DNA of 64,000 nt from Utricularia gibba (taxonomy: Eukaryota > Plantae > Magnoliophyta): contig NEEC01000012.1 of NCBI GenBank assembly GCA_002189035.1, forward strand, positions 3,038,001-3,102,000, read 5' to 3'. Of this stretch, positions 62,931 through 64,000 are shown one piece after another. Made by a program: the position numbers and the translations under genes. The notes under the pieces are model-generated. The model was not told the origin of the DNA and made no database searches. It was given only the letters and a program-made list of their open reading frames with translations. Position 1 is the stretch's first letter; each line of letters starts with the position of its first letter.

Positions 62931-63272
62931 CTATAAGGAGGCTCTCTCATGTTTAAGTGCTGCTATTATTGGATATGATCCTTGGCTTTGCGGGTGACTG
63001 TTGTTTCGAGTTTCTGCCATGTTAGTGGGTCTGGAGAAACTGCGACTGCGTAGACGAACGGGAGGACTAGCTTGGCTGCGTTCTCCAAGACATGGTGACA
63101 TACATTTTGACCTATCTGGGGTGGCTACCGTTGTTGTTTGAACTGCCGTTTCAAGGCCAGAGGAACGCACGAAGCCCCCTGTTGGAAGAATGGAATCCAG
63201 GAGTTGCCAATGAATCCATGCCGGTGAAGAAGACTTCGGTTTCTCGTGTTTGATTTCGTTTACATCCTCCAT
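62931..63272 (-). pseudogene. UREF: Truncated urease accessory protein F pseudogene
   Basis: WIHWQLLDSILPTGGFVRSSGLETAVQ matches the plant UreF N-terminus; after frameshifts HVLENAAKLVLPFVY..SPDPLTWQKLE and SQGS..AA are recognisable, with an internal deletion of about 10 codons; no C-terminal half is visible. Confidence 0.8.
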
Positions 63273-64000
63273 TTTTTAACTTCAGCCGATCTCTCAACCA
63301 TGACGTAAAGCATAAAAAACGATTCTTGGACTTCAACCAATCTACCAGGCCGGAAAAGACCATACCCCAGATCCCTGAATTAGTGCTGATCAACATTAAA
63401 TTCTCAGTCTTCTCCATGATGGGTTCGGGAATCCTCAAGAACTAGGGATTTGGAGGATTGGGATTTCCTGGAGAATTACGCAGAACGCTGAACGGCAAGG
63501 AATGGAAGGTAGAGCTGAAAATGATAATGTGGATAAAGCATTTCCCTTTTAACTTTCAACATTTGTTTGCGTGATGCATTCACTTCGATCCCTTAATCTG
63601 TAGTAGTAAACGAAAAGAGTAGATGTACGTTAACTGTTCGACGAAAAGCCTGTCAGAGATACGACTGCTTGTGCTGCTATCTCGTATCAGTCTGTGACTT
63701 GATCAAGAACCTTTCGTTTTACTTGATAATTTTCTGTGATTGGCACTGTATGATATTTACTTTTGAGCCTTGTATTATTATAAATCAAGGGCCTCCATCA
63801 GGTAGCTAGGTCGCCTTGAATCAAAAGAAATACTAGCTTGCTCATTGACCTGTGGTTCATTACTGTCTCCTATCCAAGGGAAAATGATACCTGGGATGGA
63901 TGGAATGTTACTTGTATATTCTTTCTAAGATCCCTCATCCATAGTAGCTGTTGGAACATAAGCTTGCTATAGCTTTCCCATTGCCACTGCATGAGAAGTT

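Noticed and set aside
63840-64000. Possible exon at the right window edge
   Set aside because: Short, no recognisable motif, stops in all frames.

Overview
Gene-dense stretch of a eudicot plant nuclear genome, with about 21 recognisable protein-coding genes in 64 kb, mostly short introns and AT-rich spacers. In order: COP1-interacting protein 7-like; mitochondrial ATP synthase delta'; Fe-superoxide dismutase; type I metacaspase; glutamate dehydrogenase; TMEM135-like; Mago nashi; RabD2/Rab1; two group IX ERFs; a decayed PIF/Harbinger transposon; an At5g61450-type P-loop protein; mitochondrial intermediate peptidase; a photolyase-N/alpha-beta-hydrolase fusion; LPA2; two unassigned small secreted Pro-rich peptide genes; HIR4-type SPFH protein; ClpT; ACS12-type aminotransferase; XLT2-type GT47; GA20-oxidase; and a truncated UreF pseudogene. 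Six otherwise well-conserved genes carry seven single-base deletions, all at G/C homopolymer runs, which most likely reflects uncorrected sequencing/assembly error. The Harbinger and UreF lesions (stops, deletions) look like real decay. The best candidates for something undescribed are the two neighbouring secreted peptide genes, the UreF loss, and the hairpin-bearing tandem repeat inside the Harbinger element. Family assignments come from recalled protein motifs, not database searches. No rRNA, tRNA or CRISPR arrays were seen.
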